A DNA stretch of 64,000 nucleotides from Gemmatimonadota bacterium (GTDB taxonomy: Bacteria; Gemmatimonadota; Gemmatimonadetes; Gemmatimonadales; Gemmatimonadaceae). Shown here piece after piece: positions 59,829 through 64,000 of the stretch. Position 1 is the first letter of the stretch. Every line of letters begins with the position of its first letter. A model generated the notes under the pieces. It did no database searches. It was not told the origin of the DNA and saw only the letters and a list, made by a program, of their open reading frames with translations. A program made the position numbers and the translations under genes. The DNA lies in assembly GCA_040389905.1 (NCBI GenBank), contig JAZJZK010000030.1:22085-86084 (forward strand). Direction: 5' to 3'.

Positions 59829-60002
59829 TGCGGATTTGACGGATCTAGCGGATTTTCCGGGATGCCACTACTGCGCGAGATGCGTCCCGGCGACATCAAA
59901 ACAGCATGACTGCTTTTAGATTCCACCAGAGAGATTTGGTGCACCGATACTCTCTCATCCGCGGAGTCATCCGTCGAATCCGCTAAATCCGCAGAATCCG
60001 CA
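59829..60002. repeat. Palindromic element with CGGAT 9-nt periodic arms
   Basis: TGCGGATTTGACGGATCTAGCGGATTTTCCGGGATG ... CATCCGTCGAATCCGCTAAATCCGCAGAATCCGCA. Confidence 0.8.
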
Positions 60003-60019
60003 AATGAAACTGGGGCGTT

Positions 60020-61030
60020 GTGGCTAGTGCTGGCGAGTTGACCCCACCAACGCGAGACACCACGCACGAACTCAGGGTGCCCGCAGACGACCAACGGCTT
60101 GACCTGTTCATCGCCGCAGCCTTGGGCATCTCACGCACCCAATCCGCCACACTCATTGCCACCGGCCATGTGAAGGTCGGCGGCCGCTCTGAGCGCGCCA
60201 GCTATCGTCCAACCAAAGGCGAAATCGTCTGCGTCCATATTCCCGCGCCAACTTCGCGCCCAGTTGAAGGCGAAGACATCCCGATCGCGGTGGTCTTCGA
60301 GGATGAGGAGGTGCTCGTTGTGGACAAGCCGGCAGGCATGGTCGTGCATCCGGCCCCTGGAAACTGGAACGGCACGCTGGTGAACGCGCTCAAGGGGCGT
60401 GGCGGCCCGCTGTCGGACCTCGGCGGAGAGGAGCGAGAAGGCATCGTGCACCGCCTGGACAAGGAAACGTCGGGGCTTCTGCTCGTCGCCAAGACCGACC
60501 GTGCGCACCGCGTGCTCGGCGCGGCAATGGCCCGGCGAGAGATCGTCCGGCGCTACGCGGCGATGTCGTGGGGGCACCTCGACGCCGACCGGGTGACGGT
60601 CGAGAAGCCGATCGGGCGCGACCCACGAGACCGAAAGCGTATGGCAGTCGTCACTACAGGACGGGCTGCTCGCACGGACTTCGTGCGGTTGGCGCGTTTC
60701 GATGCCGTGGACCTGTTGCGCGCGCACCTGCACAGCGGGCGAACGCATCAGATCCGTGTGCACCTGTCGTCCATCGGGCACCCTGTGGCCGGTGACGACA
60801 CATATGGAGGAGGGGGAGGGCGGAGGCTCGTATCCTTGCCGCCGAAGCGACATTTTTTGCACGCCGCGTGGTTGCGCTTCAAGCATCCCGCGTCCGGAGC
60901 GCTGATTGACCTTCGGTCGGCGCTTCCGGAGGAGTTGGTTCGGTCGCTCACGAGCGCGGCCGGACCTGATGTGAAGTTTGCCGACACTGATCCACTGGAG
61001 TACTTTGGCTTTTTCCGCGACGATTCCTGA
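60020..61030 (+). CDS. rluD: RluA-family pseudouridine synthase (RluD-like)
   Basis: S4 domain, DKPAGMVVHP, HRLDKETSG, GRTHQIR. Confidence 0.92.
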   Translation: MASAGELTPPTRDTTHELRVPADDQRLDLFIAAALGISRTQSATLIATGHVKVGGRSERASYRPTKGEIVCVHIPAPTSRPVEGEDIPIAVVFEDEEVLVVDKPAGMVVHPAPGNWNGTLVNALKGRGGPLSDLGGEEREGIVHRLDKETSGLLLVAKTDRAHRVLGAAMARREIVRRYAAMSWGHLDADRVTVEKPIGRDPRDRKRMAVVTTGRAARTDFVRLARFDAVDLLRAHLHSGRTHQIRVHLSSIGHPVAGDDTYGGGGGRRLVSLPPKRHFLHAAWLRFKHPASGALIDLRSALPEELVRSLTSAAGPDVKFADTDPLEYFGFFRDDS

Positions 61031-61454
61031 GACACCAGCTGCTGCACGGACGTTACTGTTCCGTGTGGCGGGGCGCGTGTATGGCTGCGACATCGATGCC
61101 GTCCGGGAGATCATTCCCTACCGGCGCGCCACGCGATTGCCTGGCGCGCCGCGGTACGTCCAGGGTTTGATCAACCTGCGCGGCACGATCGTTACGGTAC
61201 TCGATCTCGGGGCCCGACTCGACGCGCAGCGGGATGCAGTTCGCGAGGGGTCGATTATCCTCGCGACATATGGTGCGCGGGTGGTTGGTGTGGCAGTGGA
61301 CGAGGTAATGGACGTACAGGCAATCGTCGAAGAGCCGATTGCCGCAAGTGGGGAGGAAAGCTCCCGCGGACTCGTCCGCGGGCTCGGCCAACTGGACGAC
61401 GGTGTTGTCGTTCTGGTGGACATTCATGCACTGGTCACGCAGGTCCTGCTCTAA
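61005..61454 (+). CDS. cheW: CheW (start uncertain)
   Basis: GLINLRGTIVTVLDL. Confidence 0.88.
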   Translation: MAFSATIPETPAAARTLLFRVAGRVYGCDIDAVREIIPYRRATRLPGAPRYVQGLINLRGTIVTVLDLGARLDAQRDAVREGSIILATYGARVVGVAVDEVMDVQAIVEEPIAASGEESSRGLVRGLGQLDDGVVVLVDIHALVTQVLL

Positions 61455-61465
61455 GGGGGCAACGA

Positions 61466-61828
61466 GTGAGTCACACAGTTCTCATCTGCGACGACGCCAT
61501 CTTCATGCGCACGATGGTCGGCGACATTCTGCAACAGGCGGGATTCGAGATCGTCGGCGAGGCGGAGACGGGGGTGCAAGCCGTAGAGAAGTACAAGCAG
61601 TTGCGTCCGGATCTCGTCACGATGGACATCGTGATGCCGGACATGGGGGGCATCGACGCGGTCCGCGAGATTACCAAGTTCGATCCGGGTGCCAAGGTCC
61701 TCATGTGCAGCGCCATGGGGCAGCAGGCGCTGGTCGTCGAAGCGATCCAGGCGGGGGCGAAGGACTTCGTCGTGAAGCCGTTCCAGCCGAGTCGAGTGCT
61801 GGAGGCCGTTCAGCGAGTGCTCGGGTGA
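61466..61828 (+). CDS. cheY: CheY-like response regulator
   Basis: DDAIFMR, MDIVMP, CSAMGQ, VKPF. Confidence 0.93.
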   Translation: MSHTVLICDDAIFMRTMVGDILQQAGFEIVGEAETGVQAVEKYKQLRPDLVTMDIVMPDMGGIDAVREITKFDPGAKVLMCSAMGQQALVVEAIQAGAKDFVVKPFQPSRVLEAVQRVLG

Positions 61829-61892
61829 GCGCCGCGAGCGCGCGGAGCGCGCTCGCCAGGCGCTCACTCGTCGCACCCGCCCCTCGCGCGCG

Positions 61893-63860
61893 GTGAGCGA
61901 GCACCGCGAGCGACCGGAATACGCGGAGCTCTTTCTGACCGAGAGCCGCGAGCACGTGTCGTCGATCAACCACTCGCTGCTCGAGCTGGAGCGCGGAGGC
62001 GGTGTCGGCGGAGCGGACTCCGTCGGTGCCATCTTCCGCTCGGTACACACGATCAAGGGAATGAGCGCGACGATGGGCTATGCGTCCGTCGCCACGCTAT
62101 CGCACGAGTTGGAGACATTGCTCGACGGCATGCGTCGCGGCACGCGGTTGGTCGATCCGGCGCTCATGCAGTTGCTCTTCCAGTCGGCGGACGTGCTCGA
62201 GCAGGCGATCGAGGCGGCCGTCGGTGGCGGTCCGTCGATCGACGTCTCCGCGATCGTGGAGCGGCTCCGTGGTGATGATGCGCCGCCCGCTCCCATGGGG
62301 CGGGCGACGGTTGCGATCACCAATGTCGAGTGGACGGCAGACGCACCGGACGGCGAGGGGCTGCTGGTGCGCATCCGTCTGGTGCAGGGCACGCCGCTCA
62401 AGGGCGTGCGCGCGTTCCTCGTCATCCAGGCCGCGAAGAAGCTCGGCGAGGTCGTTGCCTGCTCCCCCGAACTCTCGAGGCTCCAGTCGGACGAGTTCGA
62501 TCACGATTTCGCGATTCGGTTGGCAAGCGATCGGTCGCAGGGCGAGATCACGACCGCGCTTCGCAATGCCGGCGACGTCTCCGAAGTGCGCCTGGGCGAG
62601 GACGCACTCGACCAGATTCCACACGGCACGATGGAGTTCAATGTCGCGGAGTTGGCCGGTGGGGTCCAATTGGCCACGAGCGTGCCGGCGCCGACCGCAG
62701 CAGGCGGAACCGTCGCGCCGCAGCAGCGCAGCGTTCGCATCGACCTGCGGCGGCTGGACAACTTGATGAATCTCATCGGCGAACTGGTCATCACGCGCGG
62801 CCGGTTGAACGCCATCGCTGGGTCGAGCGATGACCAGGCGCTCGTCGAGACGGTCGCACAGGCGTCACGGCTGGTGGCGGATCTGCAGGACGAGATCATG
62901 ACGAGCCGGATGGTGCCGGTCTGGCAGGTGTTCGACCGCTTTCCCCGCCTCGTGCGCGACGCGGCGCGATCGGTGGACAAGCAGGTGGAGTTCGCCATCG
63001 AAGGCAAGGACGTCGAACTCGATCGTTCCATGCTCGAGGAAGTGGGCGATCCCATCGTCCACCTGCTTCGCAATGCGGTCGACCATGGCCTCGAACCGCC
63101 GGCGGAGCGTCTCGCGCGTGGCAAGTCGGCCACGGGACGGCTGACGCTGAGCGCCATTCGCGACCGCTCCGCCGTGGCCATCCGCGTCATGGATGACGGC
63201 CGTGGCATCAATCGCGAACGCGTGCTTGCGCGCGCGAGAGAAAATGGCCTCGTGGACGCCGGCAAGACGGAGCTTTCTGACGATGAACTGGTCAAGCTGA
63301 TTGCCCGCGCCGGCTTCTCCACAGCCGAGCGGGTGACGGACCTGTCAGGACGAGGGGTCGGCGTCGACGCGGTCTACAACCGTGTGCGGGCGCTCGGCGG
63401 CTCGGTGGATATCCGAAGTGTGCAGGGGCAGGGAACCACGGTCACGCTGCGACTTCCGTTGACGCTGGCCATCGTTCGGTCGCTGTTGGCACGTATCGGG
63501 GACGAGACGTACGCCATCCCCATGACTCATGTCAGCGAGACGGTGGAGTTGCGCCCCTCTGTGAAGCGCTCGGTGCAGGGCAAGGATGTGCTGGTGCTGC
63601 GTGAGGAAGTCCTGCCGCTCGTGCGGCTCCGCAAGCTGGTGGAGTATGACGGCGTCGCGCCTCGTGGCCTCGAACAGGTCATCATCGTCGAGCTCGCGGA
63701 GCGACGTGCGGCCCTTGTTGTGGATGCGTTGATTGGCCAACAGGAAATCGTCGTCAAGCAGTTTGACGGCGTGCACGATGCGCGATCGCTGTTCGGCGGC
63801 GCTACCATTCTGGGTGATGGTGCGCCGGCGTTGATCATCGATGTCAGCAGTCTCCTTTAA
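61893..63860 (+). CDS. cheA: Chemotaxis histidine kinase with P2 domain
   Basis: HTIKGMSATMG, LDNLMNLIGELVI, HLLRNAVDHG, SGRGVGVD. Confidence 0.95.
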   Translation: MSEHRERPEYAELFLTESREHVSSINHSLLELERGGGVGGADSVGAIFRSVHTIKGMSATMGYASVATLSHELETLLDGMRRGTRLVDPALMQLLFQSADVLEQAIEAAVGGGPSIDVSAIVERLRGDDAPPAPMGRATVAITNVEWTADAPDGEGLLVRIRLVQGTPLKGVRAFLVIQAAKKLGEVVACSPELSRLQSDEFDHDFAIRLASDRSQGEITTALRNAGDVSEVRLGEDALDQIPHGTMEFNVAELAGGVQLATSVPAPTAAGGTVAPQQRSVRIDLRRLDNLMNLIGELVITRGRLNAIAGSSDDQALVETVAQASRLVADLQDEIMTSRMVPVWQVFDRFPRLVRDAARSVDKQVEFAIEGKDVELDRSMLEEVGDPIVHLLRNAVDHGLEPPAERLARGKSATGRLTLSAIRDRSAVAIRVMDDGRGINRERVLARARENGLVDAGKTELSDDELVKLIARAGFSTAERVTDLSGRGVGVDAVYNRVRALGGSVDIRSVQGQGTTVTLRLPLTLAIVRSLLARIGDETYAIPMTHVSETVELRPSVKRSVQGKDVLVLREEVLPLVRLRKLVEYDGVAPRGLEQVIIVELAERRAALVVDALIGQQEIVVKQFDGVHDARSLFGGATILGDGAPALIIDVSSLL

Positions 63861-63872
63861 CGTAAACGTGGA

Positions 63873-64000
63873 ATGGACGACATTCGGACCTTGAAGGCGC
63901 TGCAGCTCGACGCGTTGCGCGAGGTCGCCAACATCGGGGCCGGTCACGCGGCGACGGCGCTCTCGCAGATGATCAACAGCACCATCATGATCAGCGTGCC
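63873..64000 (+). CDS. cheC: CheC-family phosphatase (3' truncated by window)
   Basis: MDDIRTLKALQLDALREVANIGAGHAATALSQM. Confidence 0.88.
   Translation, partial: MDDIRTLKALQLDALREVANIGAGHAATALSQMINSTIMISV

Noticed and set aside
1..64000. CRISPR array, cas genes, rRNA or tRNA genes
   Set aside because: No regularly spaced repeat-spacer series, cas-like ORF or structural RNA gene recognised by eye.

Overview
High-GC bacterial chromosomal window. Gene content and style suggest Gemmatimonadota (inference). Most of it is housekeeping or ordinary accessory DNA: an osmoprotectant ABC transporter, pgm, DUF1800/DUF1501, a SET protein, fahA, dut, an ECF/anti-sigma/HEAT cluster, a DEAD-box helicase, a complete Wsp-like chemosensory operon, the tilS-hpt-ftsH-folP-cdaA-yggS-divIVA-PNP-ileS-dksA-lspA-lspA-rluD run, and the start of a second che operon. 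The stand-out is a visibly AT-richer 6.2-kb integrative element (20039-26266) bounded by an exact 16-bp direct repeat. It encodes a divergent tyrosine recombinase, an XRE regulator, an excisionase, two zinc-ribbon cassettes with constant N-termini and variable C-termini, and a stand-alone family-A-like (TV-Pol-like) polymerase preceded by a terminator hairpin that occludes its RBS. It has integrated not into a tRNA but into an unannotated 14-codon ORF with a perfect Shine-Dalgarno, and it supplies a homologous replacement 3' end for that ORF. Several families of small palindromic elements also occur, including an IS4-like MITE with a 10-bp target duplication and a REP-like palindrome inserted in frame in a membrane-protein gene. 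No rRNA, tRNA or CRISPR array was recognised.
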